DNA of 64,000 nt, taken from Raillietiella orientalis. Taxonomy: Eukaryota. Shown here in pieces: positions 12,690 through 24,603 of the stretch. The translations under genes and the position numbers were made by a program. Position 1 is the stretch's first letter. Every line of letters starts with the position of its first letter. The stretch covers positions 62,001 through 126,000 of the forward strand of contig JAYWIR010000083.1 of NCBI GenBank assembly GCA_036172245.1, read 5' to 3'. The notes beneath the pieces were generated by a model. That model saw only the letters and a program-made list of their open reading frames with translations, was not told the origin of the DNA and searched no databases.

Positions 12690-13339
12690 GTATTTCGCTC
12701 CCGTAGTAAACGTGGCGTTTCGGCAAGCGGATGCCCCGTGAATGGCCGCGATGCAGGAGTGGTAGGGTTGTGGCAATCGAGCGCGCCTGTCTTTCTGGAG
12801 ACAGAGAGCACACTGTACTCCATCAGCTACGGCTGCATTTCTTGCAACCGGTTGTGATGCCTTCTACAGTGGTGCTGTTGTTGGAGGTCGTAGTCTGAGG
12901 TTCCGTTGAACGACTTCTGGATAAACGGTCCACAAAACTGCATCTGTGCCAACACAGTGCTTGGAACGCCTTTTCGGAGTCGTTTTCGTTCCGCGACGGA
13001 TGAGTGCCACCATCAGCACGCATTCATCTCCATCTCTCGATGCACCGAAATTTCACAGACAAACACTTTCACGTGACTCGCCGAAGAATAAGCCACAATT
13101 ACTGTTTGCAATCATCCATACGGAATTTCCTGGCTACGGCATCTCTACCACACCGACCTCCAGCATCTCATACCCATCCTCAAACTGAGAAAGCATTCTG
13201 AACCGAACCATCTCAAGGAAGACTGCTTTCTCGATCAGGAAAGCTGATGAATTGAAAAGCAGCATCAGCCGCTGCAGCTCTTCTTCGAACTGCCTTCGTC
13301 TCCAAAACTGTTATTTTTCTTCATTCTTTCTTTACTAGC

Positions 13340-16300
13340 ACCTTACGATTCTCCACAAAGAGGAGGGAAGAACATTTTCAGTATCCATGCAATTTGAGCA
13401 AACTGACGTAGTGGAACACTGGGAGGCATAGGATTTTCAGATGGTGCTGCGGTCTTCCGGAATAGGCAACTCCTGGTCCTGAGTAAACGGCAGAGAATGT
13501 TCCATAAGACCCGTCTTGCATATTTTTCATTGCTTCCGCATCCGCTCTCCGCTAACCTTTCGATGAAGTTTTCCCCCTTTTCCCATTTTCCGAACATCCT
13601 CCACCATTCCTCTCTTTGTTCACGTGGAGGAGTTCTCAGAATCTTCTCACGCATGAGATCGCTCACTTATTGTGATGTTTGGCAATGGCCTTCTGATGAG
13701 ATTGTACCGTTTAATGGCGGCAGACCCGCACTGGGAAAGTCCTCATCTGGAAGCAAAACAATTCTACCACAATTCGGGATACCCACGGCCAGCAGCACGG
13801 CAGCCTATTCGAAAGGAGGTCCTCTCGGAATTTTTCGTGCTGCTTGTCATTCCTCACGTGCACACGCTGAGTCGAATCTTTGTCATGCAATCGGAGGTTG
13901 ACCTCCCAAGAAGGTCAACCTCCAATGTGGCCATTCGGTGAATGCTGGTTGAAAGTGAGACGCACTCTGATCCCTCTGACTACAAACGAGGATGAAACAA
14001 GCCTTCGTGGATGGCAAACAGACGAGCGAGCCGCACTTGCGTGAAAGGGTGGGGGTGGACCCATGCACTTCCTGTTCGATTGGAAACTGAGAACCTTGAA
14101 GGCGCTCCAATAAAAGACTTTTCCCAAGATGGACACCCGCCAAGGTCACGGCCGTCTTCATGGCTTGAAAAATTCCTGTGGGCTGCAAAAGAGGGGGGGG
14201 GGGAACTAATCTCCTACAATAACTGGGAGACCTGGAGTGAGATTGGGCACCGTATAGCACTGAAGTGCTCCTCAGAATGGGATACAAAGAGAAACTTTTC
14301 ACCAGGAGTTTGTGTATCAACCAGCTTAGAGAAGGTTCATTAGGTAGGAGAACAGATTGTTTCTTCGGACAGATAGCAGCATCCCAAAGAGGATTTCGTC
14401 GAAGGGCTATATATATATATATATATATGTACGTATGTATGTATATTTCCAGCTCAAAGAGCGAGTTTAGTTTTCGAACCGTGCATCTTCTTGAGTGGAT
14501 CCATCACGAATGTGACTCCGAGAAAGAGCATCGCACGTGGACACATAAAAGGTTCTTCTTCTCAAACGAACGAACAGTCATTGCAAGTTTCCAAATGTAG
14601 CATCCGAAGCCATGGCTGGACCTGGATGCTGCAGCAAGATCTGATGGCTGAGCTGAGTGGATAGGTGGGAACCCTTCCTCCTTTCAAACAGGGATTGTTC
14701 TTGGAAGCAAGGGTCGAAGTCGACTTACCCCAGCACTCAGAGCTTGAGTGTTCTCTGGGTGAGCATCACTGCATCACCTCACTCCATACGATGTCTGTCG
14801 ATCTTCAGTCGCCTCCGAAGATGTGCAGCAATTTGCGGGATTTCGAAACTCCTAGAAATAGATTCTCTGTAATGCTGACACCGCACCTGTATGGATCGAT
14901 GAAGGTGATGCAAGTGATCTGCGTGAAGCCATCCGAACTGCAATCATCTTCGATAAAGGCGTACGCCAACAGACATTGTCTCCGAAGGACTTCTTTCTCA
15001 TCTGTTTTCCCTGGATCACATTTCCCAAAATGCCTGTGATTGCATCGTTTGTACCTTATTGGTCTGCTCACGTCTGTGAGCGGACGCTGTTTCCCAAGAA
15101 GTGATTTCTGAAGAACTCGTGCTTCTTCAGCAGCAGTCCACAGATCAGCTGAGAGCCAGGGGTTGATTCCGAAAGCTTTTGTGTCCACGTGATGGTCTGA
15201 ACGAAGAGAAATTTGCGTTCAAAGAGCAGGATTCTGGACCATTTTGTAAAAGAGGAATTCCTATTATGCTTAGTGAAGCTCACCAATGTAGGAACTTTAC
15301 AGATATGTACCAAACTTAAGAAGTTCGGAACAGTGCCAGAAACATCCCGACGAGTGGAAAAAAAAAAAAATTGTTAGAATAGGAGTAATCAGTTGAAGCA
15401 TCTTCATGGTAACACCTTCATAAGGCTGAAGAACTGCAACTCAGAGTCAGAGACTGTTCGATTGAAGGCAGATGGAATGCACTCTTCTTCCCTATCCCAC
15501 CTCTTGGGTGTTCTTCCTAGCTCTCATGATTAGATTCCGTGTCTGAATCAAAAGGCATTACGTAGTTGGTTGGACTCAGAAGCCACCTCTGGATCTCGAT
15601 TCCAGCAGCGACACTTCTTAGCACGAATTCTGCATAGTGAACGATTCTGCAGACTGAACGATCTCTCATAAGGATCTGCAGAACTATGAGATCTTTGCAT
15701 TCGCGAAGTTACTTCATGCCTTCAGCTCTTACGTGACTGGCAGCTGGCTTTTTCATCTGAGATCTGTACAGCTCGTGCTAACGCTGCAAAAATCTCTTGT
15801 TCGCCTCTTTCTCCCAGAATCCTCGGCTTTCGGAACTCCAGAATGGTGACTGACCTCTTCGCCTTCTTCCTTGCATCTGCTGTCGCTGTTGTTGAGCTGC
15901 CATCCAATTACCACATAAATCTTCGATCGGAAGAGCTTTTCAGAGTTTTGATCTCGCAGAACAACGCCTGTAAGGTCTCAAATCGCAATGGAGGCTGGCT
16001 GGAGAAAGGCACTGCTGCCAACTTGAAATCATCCGGCGTAGAACGTTTTCTGAAAGCGAGGATTGCATGGCGAGATGGGAAAAGCTCCAGAATCCTCAGA
16101 CACAAAGTTCCAAATCGTACAAGATGAATGCTTGCCCTGCTGGAGGATAAAAGGGTTTCATTTGGCTGCTGGGATGAACATTTCACTGCCGCCCCACACA
16201 TTATGAGTGCTCGCGTGAGAATAGGCCTTTTGCGCATTTCGTAGCTTCCCTCCGTCTTTCGGAAGGGAAGAAGGGAACTCCTAAGAACCGAAGTCATATC

Positions 16301-16500
16301 CGATGTGTGCCTTCCCAACTCATTTCTCTTGGTTTGCCGTGGCGATAATTCCGTCGGTAAGGAGCCTTCAAAGGGTTTCTTACCGAGGGAATTATCTTCC
16401 GTAAGATATGAAAATTCCTCCTTCTGTCTCGCCCCCGTTTATTAACTGAGCCGAATGCTCGTCTCCAGCACCCTGCTGGGAGAAGGAATCCACAGGAGTT
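13340..16500 (-). mobile_element. Decayed L1/Tx1-like non-LTR retrotransposon ORF2 (RT to zinc-binding region; approximate limits)
   Basis: Minus-strand fragments in canonical order: FLFYKM, DVSRPI, AYAFIE..SSD, RSTDIVW (KAFD.V.W-like), RRKGSHLS (RQG.PLS-like), MSILGK, TFLGGQPPI, LWNILCRLLRTRSCL. Many stops and frameshifts. Confidence 0.55.
14407..14445. repeat. (TA)n/(TATG)n microsatellite
   Basis: Visible tatatata...tgtacgtatgtatgtata. Confidence 0.9.
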
Positions 16501-17153
16501 CAAGTTTGGGGGGGGGGGGATTCGCCTCACTTTGTGTTTACGCTGACCAGGGTGTTCTCAAGGACCGATCCGACATTCGAGTGTACATCTAGTGTAAAGA
16601 ACAGCAGAATCGATTTCAGCGTCATTCAGTGGGTCACCGGGAGTATATCGCAGTTTCTCCGGACTCCATCCTGTTCGAAAACGAAGAGCTGGAGAAACGG
16701 GAGGAACTCTGCTCAAAAAACAATTCCTTGTACCATCCTATCGATTTCATGATCATCTGCACATACCCTTAATATAACACGACGTGAAACAAGCTGGTTG
16801 CCTATGGTAATCGCTGTCTTTTCCATTCTCTTCTGCACCTTTATGCGAGAAAAATTACCTTTTCCTGCGAGGGCTCGAGCGATTGTGGTCGTAAACAGAA
16901 AGGCAACGGCTGTTGCATTATCATCATGATGGGTTTATTGAAGCCATCGTGGTTCCAACGGCTTCACGATCCACCTCTGAACCTCCATGGCTGTTGCCAT
17001 GAAGCAGCATCATGAAAGTGCACGAAACACCTTGTAGAAACAAATACAAAGAAAGAAGTATTGGCGAGACAGTGTCTTCAGACGAAAGAAGAGCTTTCGT
17101 CTCAGAGTCTCTCCTGTTTCTCTGGACATGTTCCGCCATCACAAAAACTTCCC

Positions 17154-17266
17154 TGGCCGTTTCTACACACAAGCATCATAGCAACCGACTTGGCCGTTTC
17201 TACACACAAGCATCATAGCAACCGACTTGGCCGTTTCTACACACAAGCATCATAGCAACCGACTTG
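17154..17266. repeat. Tandem repeat, three perfect 37-bp units
   Basis: tggccgtttctacacacaagcatcatagcaaccgact at 17154, 17191 and 17228, head to tail with no spacers. Confidence 0.95.
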
Positions 17267-18184
17267 CACTTTTGCACTGTGCCCACCGCCCCCCGTGAAG
17301 TGAGAACGCATCGTAAACATCTGTGTCCATGACGGAATTTAGGGGGTTTGGTCAGAAGAATTGAATGAAAATTTGGCCCGGATGGCTCCATTTACGCAGC
17401 GTGGTTTACAGGAGAATGCTGAATCGGTTGTCAAGGTGCAAAACCATCCCGATTTGCGGTTTTGCCGACTTTGATTTCCAAAGTATCCAAGAGCACTGAA
17501 CTGCCGAGCATTTCTCACTCATCCTCAAAACATCCTTTATCTCAGAAACGCAGAGAGCAGTGCATGTGTTCCATCCTGGCATTTTCCGAGGTCACGTTCA
17601 CTTTCTGCTCAGGAGAGTGCTTCCGTTCGAACTGTACCACTGGGTACAACCGTTACCCGTTTTTGCATGTTACGTGTACATACTGAGGTGTTTCGGGGAA
17701 ATCCTTCCCCTCAGTCAGCTGGAATGCTCAACGAAATTCCAGCTGAACTTACCGAAGTTGTGACTGTCAATCTACGGACGCTGCGAGTTGATATTTCGCC
17801 GCCATTCGGTGATGCGGAAGTGGTATCTTGGACCGAGATAGTGTGGCATTCACTGTGCCACAGATTCATAATGTGCATCCGTGGGGCTAACCAGGCGAGT
17901 TGAGTTGAGTGAGCTGCAATCTCTGGACAGGGTTTTTTCAGACGACCACTCCCAAGGCTTCCGGATGCTTCCCTGTAATGGAGTCTTGACGGCTCACTGA
18001 CCTTTGCAGATGAAACATGTGAACATAGGGTGGACGCTGGTCACTTTAGCAAATATACGTTCCCTGCATTTGAGGCCGTAGCAGTAAAGGTGCAAAGTAG
18101 GGAGAGTGGGGATCACGTGACTCTCACGCCAGTCGTCCAGTGGTTGGTAGGGCATGCAACACTGGTCACCAGCGTCCGCGTTTG

Positions 18185-18780
18185 CCTCCGTGTGGCTGAG
18201 ACCTTCTGCGCACGATGCCAAGTATCGTGGCGTGGAGGATCAACGCCAAAGAGACGGGCGCATCGTGGATATTGAGCTCTCTCCCCAAAGGACAACGCTG
18301 GTTGTCATAGAGACTTTTGGTGAGGCACCGCTGGAAGCCGCAAACCGGATGCCCCCGTTGACTTGCCGGGATTGGTAAATTGACCCTCCGGGGTTCTTCC
18401 ATGAATCAAGGAGCCCATTGGGGATCTCATTCTGTTGTGAAAATAGAGCTATCCTCCCCCTCTCTTCTTCACGTACCACGGAGCTGCTTGATGCCTCTCC
18501 TGAGTGTGAAGAAGCGCGCTGCTTTTTCGAGAAGCGCCCTTCAGCGAGGAATCGGGGAGCGTCCTTTCGGGATTCCCTCCAGAGGAGGAAACAGGGAGCG
18601 GATCCTTTCCGGAGGTCCCTCCGAAGAGAATAAGCAAGAGATGGTCCCTTCGGGACTCCCTACCAATCCCGTAAGAGGAACGGACTCTTTCCTTCGGAGT
18701 CTTCCTGAATTCGTGGGGTGGTCCCTTCCCAGCGTCACTCCCTAACTTGAAGAGTTTCCGCACCCTCCAGTGGCATGTGG
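18185..18780 (+). mobile_element. tRNA-headed SINE-like repeat (copy 2, head degenerate)
   Basis: 18261-18732 is nearly identical to 21482-21953; the flanks align more weakly with the other copies. Confidence 0.8.
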
Positions 18781-19007
18781 GTGTTTAAAGAGCTTCGAGA
18801 GTGTCGTTCCCTAAGGAGGCGAAATGAAGAGTGATAGCCTCCACCCACATGACGCGAACGCGATCGCCCTTTGATTTCCGCAACGGCGGCAAGACTTTCT
18901 GAATGGGAAACGCGTTTTCGGGAACATTCGTTCCGTAAATGGTCCTTCAGCCAGGAAGATCTGAAAGGGATGAGAAAACTATGGAAAAGACAGCGACGCA
19001 TACTCCA

Positions 19008-19249
19008 ATGAAGGTGAGGAAAACGAGGAATAACTTTGCGAATCTTCCCGAGGAAGTTGAGCGTTTCATGAGTTCTTAAACTTAGAGAAAAGGAATCGCA
19101 AGTTTAAGAAAGCAACGCTCAACTTCCTCGGGAAGATTCGCAAAGTTACTCCTCGTTTTCCTCACCTTCATGCTTTCTTAAAGTTGCTATTTCTTTTCTC
19201 TAAGTTTAAAAACTCATGAAACGCTCAACTTCCTCGGGAAGATTCGCAA
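19008..19249. repeat. Compound inverted duplication (A-B-A'-B'-partial A')
   Basis: 19008-19065 is the near-perfect reverse complement of 19114-19171. 19066-19114 is the approximate reverse complement of 19171-19219. aacgctcaacttcctcgggaagattcgcaa recurs at ~19220-19249. Confidence 0.9.
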
Positions 19250-20200
19250 GGTGCGGCAGGGACGTTGACAGCCTGTGGCCCAGAGGAAGAAGGGCTTCGG
19301 GAAGAACAAAAGTCTGCTGATGGAGAGTTCAGCATAACGGTCGACGGCGTCATCTTCAGCAGCAGCACGAGGAGAAAGTTTACCTCCGGTGTGAGAGCAG
19401 CGCAGAGAGAGCCCCTCGTTCAAGAGCACCTCAGTCAAGGGAGAGCCACGCAGTGCATGGGCATGCACCACGCCTCAAGCCTCTTCCTCTCCAACGGTGA
19501 CCAGCTGAGGTTCCAGGACCGCAGATACATCCACGCAGCCCTGCCAAATGTTCTCCCGATCAGGGCCGGGCATGGGTCAAACCGAAGGAACGCGAACGTC
19601 GGTACTGCCGGACGCGAGACGAAACGTCGCTTCATATTTAAGCCGATGCAGAAGACACTTTCACTGCGCTGTTCACCGCGCGACACGGCGCGATCCAAGA
19701 GATGGTCAGCATGGCCGCGGTGGCAGAAGCAAAGTGGGACCAAGTGTTGACCAGGAACGGGCTTGCGACCTGACCTAATACTGAAGAAAGGAAATCGGAG
19801 AATGGCGGTGGACATCGGCTGCCCGTTCGAGGGTGGGAAAGAGGCGTCCAGCACAGCTAGGAGGAACAAGCTGGGAAAATATAAGCCCTCCAGCTAAGCG
19901 CGGAAGGGAAGCAGTTCTCTCATCGTTGGCTCACTGGGAGCCTGGGACGCAGATAACGAGGACATGCTGCATGATCTTGGAATTCCTAAACAGCACACGG
20001 GGAGGATGAGATACTGGATGGGAGCCTCACGCATCCGGTACTCCAGAGACATCTACGCAGCAGCCCACATCACGAGGAGAACAGCACAAGAGACCGTAAC
20101 TCAATTGCAGCCGCAAAATCTCAGCGGTCAGCTCTCGCGAAACGGAGGTCAGGAAGCTGAGGAAGCAACGGAATCGGAGGGCAACGAATACGCCCCGGAT
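19220..20200 (+). mobile_element. 5'-truncated, frameshifted Utopia/NeSL-like (R2-group, restriction-like endonuclease) non-LTR retrotransposon
   Basis: SQGRATQC...ASSLFLSNGDQLRFQDRRYIHAALPNVLP; CCHC remnant; GLRPDLILKKGNRRMAVDIGCPFE..ASSTARRNKLGKY; IVGSLGAWDADNEDMLHDLG...IRYSRDIY. Confidence 0.85.
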
Positions 20201-21119
20201 GGACCGCATCAAACGCTCAAGGATTCTTGTCGATCCTTCGAACAGGGAAGCAGGTTGTGACGTGTGACCCTTCGAGAAGCTGTACCGAATGCATCAGCTG
20301 ATGAATTACAGACTCAGGCAAATCCACGATCGGACTGTGAGCTAAAAATGGCCTCCCTCCCAGTGGATGCATGATGATCAGCGCTGCCATCTCGGACGGT
20401 TTTCATCTCACTGTTGCTTACCTTCACGGCATTCCAAATGGAGTGAGCAAAGGGGTTAGATCTCTCGGATTTCTTGATTGGAATTCGAGAGACTGAAGCT
20501 ATCGGAAGCCGACCATGAATGTACAATGGCCGGCTAAGGATGAGTTGGATGCATGGATCTGTGGGTGGTCTGTATTTCCACGGCCTTTCGATCACGGAGC
20601 GCTTAATACAGCTGCGTGTGATGAGCTTCTATTTTCGAAATACAGTGGATCCCGATCGATCAGAGGAGCGGTTCTCTCCATGGAAACCGGCCATCGAGTT
20701 CGAGTCTTGAAGCATTGCGAGAGTTACATGCTTCCCCGAAAGAAGCATTTTCTTGTGCGATAGAGGGATCAAGATGCTATTCGAGAACTGAGCACTCAGA
20801 TCCTCAAGTCAGGTGGCAGAATCAAGGTACAGATTCGATGGAGAGCAAAACGGTAAAATTTCTGAAGCACAAAACTAAGCAGTAGGTAGCCGAATGGCGC
20901 TTCGAGCTTTGACCCTCCAAAGACATTAAATCTACAATCTTCGGTGGACATCATCTTTAACGGGAGTGCTGGCAATTCCATGGAGGACTGAGTTCCGGGA
21001 TTCGGGGTCCGTTTCCTGCTTCGAAAGTCTTCTCAAAGTCTCATATCAGGGGAGGACAGTCTACATTCTGTCTTGTACTCTGTGCTTGAAGAATGAACCT
21101 GCTTCTAGGCAGACCAGTT

Positions 21120-21270
21120 CTGCAGCTTCGAGAGGGTCCGCATGGGCCGCCATGCGCTGTGGGTTCGAATCCCACCCGGGGAAGGATCGACGCTGGGTGG
21201 AGGGTGCGTCGCGGGTTTCGAGTTCTCCCCGCGAGATGACTCTGATTGTCCTCTTCGGGTGCGGCAGCGG
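21120..21270 (+). mobile_element. tRNA-headed SINE-like repeat, head-only fragment (copy 3)
   Basis: B box gtgggttcgaatcccac followed by the family body ggggaaggatcgacgc...gagatgactctgattg. Confidence 0.75.
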
Positions 21271-21389
21271 ACGAAATTGGAGCTGCTTTCTGAGGCCAGT
21301 AAGGAGAGAGCCCTCGTGTGCGCTCCCGTGGTGCAAAAGAGAGCAGCTCCATAAATATGCCGTGTGTCCTTGCTGGAGGTCCGCGTTGG

Positions 21390-22005
21390 GGGCCGTGCGA
21401 CCACGGGTCCGCGCGCGGCACCGAGCGTTGTAGGTTCGAATCCTGCCCGGGGGAAAGTCTCGCCGCCGCCAATAGAGGGTGCATCGTGGCTATTGAGTTC
21501 TTTCCCCAAAGGACAACGCTGGTTGGCATAGAGACTTTTGGTGAGGCACCGCTGGAAGCCGCAAACCGGATGCCCCCGTTGACTTGCCGGGATTGGTAAA
21601 TTGACCCTCCGGGGTCCTTCCATGAATCAAGGAGCCCATTGGGGATCCCATTCTGTTGTGAAAATAGAGCTATCCTCCCCCTCTCTTCTTCACGTACCAC
21701 GGGGCTGCTTGATGCCTCTCCTGAGTGTGAAGAAGCGCGCTGCTCTTTCGAGAAGCGCCCTTCAGAGAGGAATCGGGGAGCGTCCTTTCGGTATTCCCTC
21801 CAGAGGAGGAAACAGGGAGCGGATCCTTTCCGGAGGTCCCTCCGGAGAGAATAAGCAAGAGATGGTCCCTTCGGGACTCCCTACCAATTCCGTAAGAGGA
21901 ACGGACTCTTTCCTCCGGAGCCTTCCTGGATTCGTGGGGTGGTCCCTTCCCAGGGTTACCCCCCAATTTTTGAGTAGCTGCACGTACCCTCGGGCGGAGT
22001 GGCAA
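21390..22005 (+). mobile_element. tRNA-headed SINE-like repeat (copy 4)
   Basis: ggcaccgagcgttgtaggttcgaatcctgcc B-box head plus the body shared with copies 2, 5 and 6. Confidence 0.85.
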
Positions 22006-22654
22006 AGAAAGAGGAAACCCGAAAACAGAATAAGCTGGAAGGAAAGTGGCAGGAGAAACCCGCCAGCTTCGCAGGCGAGACCCGAAATAGCGGTAAGGGG
22101 TGGAGTGAATATCTTTTCAAGCAGGTGATCCCTGAAGGTTCGAGCTCACCTGTGCCCTCCTGCGGCAAGGGTCGGAACGTGCCCACCGCGTTCGCCTCGG
22201 TGCTTCCCGCCACGTGGCTGCTGCTCGCTCCTCCGGCCGTCGCGATTGCGCACTGACCGCTTCGGTGCTCTCTCGAGCCGCCGCGACGTGCGCGCTTTGC
22301 GAGGAGACGGCGGAAGGGAAGGGTGCCAAGGACAAGTCGCTGACTTGCGCCCATCGCTCCAGGCTTCCCTGCACTGACTTCGATCCGGGAAGCTACCTGT
22401 TGAGGGGAGGAGAGGGCTCGGAACTTCCGGAGACCTGGCATGCCACGGGCTGGCTGGCGCTCCCGTGCCTTGGGGATCCGACGGTTCCGCTCGTTTTGAA
22501 CACTGCGCGTGCAGTGGGCGTCGCAGACCGAGCGCCGACCTGGGAAGGAGGGCTCTGGTGCCTTCCCGCTTTCCTCGAGCAGCAGCGCCAGGGGTGGCTT
22601 TCCTGAAAACTAGTTTGCGGTTCGCACCAAACCGTCTTCGCTGAATTCCTTTCA

Positions 22655-23450
22655 GCTTTTGTTTGGTTCTCTGAGCACCTCAAGAGCCGTCGCGCGCCTG
22701 GAGACCCACGCAGCTCTTTCACGCTGTGCCACTTTCCCCGAGGGTGCGTGTTGACTTTTCAAGATAGGGAGTACCCCGGGAGGAGACCACGCTATGAATC
22801 CAGGAAGGGCTCCAGAGAAGGGATTACGTTCCTCTCACGCCCGGGGAGGGAGTCCCCCACCCTTGTTGTCTCTGAAGGGAACTCCTTTTTTATGCTCTCC
22901 GGAGGGATCCCCGGAGGAGTCCGCTCCATTTTCGCTTCTCCGAAAGGAACCCGGAAAGCATCCACTCCTGTAATTTCTTCTCCGGAGGAAACCCGCAAGG
23001 GAACCACTCCTCTCCGCTCGTTTCCTCTTCCTCTGAAGAGAGCCCCGAAGAGAAGCTTCCAAAATTTCTCACAAGGTCACTTCCCGAAAGGAGAGGCACG
23101 CTTGTTTGCACTCTGTAGTGGCATCATCAATCCAGCTCCGTGGTACGAGACTCGAGTCCCTCCGGAGCGGACCCCCCTGAGGGAAAGCCTCACTCCTCGA
23201 TTCTGTTTCCTGGAAGAGCCCTGGAGGGTCGATTCCCAGTCCCGGCTGCTCATCGAGGGCATCCGGTTTGAACCTCGGCCAGTGCCGCCGCACCCGATTT
23301 AGTAGAGGTCAGCCAGCGTCATCTCACGGGAGGAACGCGAACCCACGACGCATCCCCCATCTCTCGGCGTCAATTCTTTCCGATATTCGAACTCGCAGCT
23401 CTTGATGGTGGCACGCGCGGAGACCTCAGCAGCCACGTAGCCTCCGACGC
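22655..23450 (-). mobile_element. tRNA-headed SINE-like repeat, near full length (copy 5)
   Basis: Minus strand: gctacgtggctgctgagg...gagttcgaat head, shared body blocks (caaaccggatgcc, cgtaccacggagctg), and 3' gtcaacac..accctcggg...aaccaaacaaaa shared with copy 6. Confidence 0.8.
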
Positions 23451-24494
23451 GGGCGAAAATTTTGAACCGTCGGAGACGGGAAAAAAAAAGGGATACCTGA
23501 GAATCAGCCGAAAAGGATGACGGAGGTGCACCCAAATAGAGCAGTAAGCGATCGCGGCCAAACCGCCAGCAAGTCGAGGCCCTCGGAAGCCCATGACGCA
23601 TGAGGCCGTTGCACCTTCTGGAACAGTTCCAGGCCGTAACAGGTGTTACGGCCTCGGGGGCCAAGCGAGGTGCTTTGCTTCCTGACCACAGTGCCTTGCG
23701 CCTGCGGAGCTGCAGCTCCGAAAGGAGAGGAAAATTCCCCTCTTCGGAGGAAGAAAGGAACTTTGCTTCGACCCTAGAGTCAGAAAGCAAAGCACCCCAA
23801 GGCAGGCCAAAAATGGGAAAAGTTCTTACAGAGTTCCTCTTCGTGAGAGGGTGGTGGGCCAGCCACCCAGTCTGACTCCTCCAAGGAGGAGGCAGTCATT
23901 TTTTTTCCCTCGGAAGGGCTTGGGGAGGACGAGAAATGGCCGCCGTGCCGCGTTACCGGAGGTTGGTCTTCCCAGTGTTCAAGGAATCGCCGCCCCTCCG
24001 TCGAACGTTTCGACGCGCCTGCGCACACCGCTGTTGCTCCGGGGCTCGTTTCCGCAGCGTTCGCTCCAGCAGCAGCAGTCTCGTATGGTTCCTCGCGCCG
24101 CCGCCGCACGTTGCGCTCCGTGCACCTCATCGAGCGTGGCGCCTCCTCTCGGACGGGTGTCGCGCCCGACCGGGACGCTGAGGTCAGGTCACCGGGACTG
24201 GCGTCCGCCCAACACCCCTCCCTCCTCGTCTCTTCCTTCCTCCCGTTCTTCTGAGCAGCTAGGGAACCGCTCTTCCGTGGAGCGACGACCCCTAGAGCCC
24301 TCGCTCAAGGGATGCTCAGAGCCTCCCGGGAGAGTTTTCGCCCTCTGCTTGGACGTGGGGCTCCCCATCCCCCACCTCCCCCTCGGAGGAAGGAAGAGAG
24401 TAGGTCGAGGGATCGTCGGGGACACGAACTCCTTGGGCGTCCGCCTCCCGGGAGGTGGGGGTGCTTCCCTGATGAGAACGTTTCGGTGTTCCAG

Positions 24495-24603
24495 GACTGG
24501 ACGCTGCGCATCAAGCGCGTGAGGCTGCAGGACGCTGGCACGTACGAGTGCCAGGTCTCCACCCATCCTCCGGCGAGCCTCTTCGTCGAGCTGAAGGTGA
24601 CAG
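24495..24603 (+). CDS. dpr: Dpr-family protein, exon C (end of Ig1)
   Basis: gttccag acceptor, gtaag donor. Encodes DWTLRIKRVRLQDAGTYECQVSTHPPASLFVELKVT (D.G.Y.C motif). Phases fit exon B (0) and exon D (1). Confidence 0.95.

Noticed and set aside
13240..13262. ctgatga...gaaa as a minimal hammerhead ribozyme
   Set aside because: No supporting stems can be formed around the core.
17154..17266. 37-bp repeats as a CRISPR array
   Set aside because: The units are contiguous with no spacers, there are no cas genes, and the context is eukaryotic.
21120..21460. Functional tRNA genes
   Set aside because: B boxes are present, but I cannot fold a complete cloverleaf and the sequence continues into the repeat body.
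18261..21953. LTR retrotransposon bounded by two ~470-bp direct repeats
   Set aside because: The repeats are internal parts of a dispersed SINE-like family, I see no TG..CA ends, PBS or PPT, and the interior is a non-LTR REL fragment rather than gag/pol.
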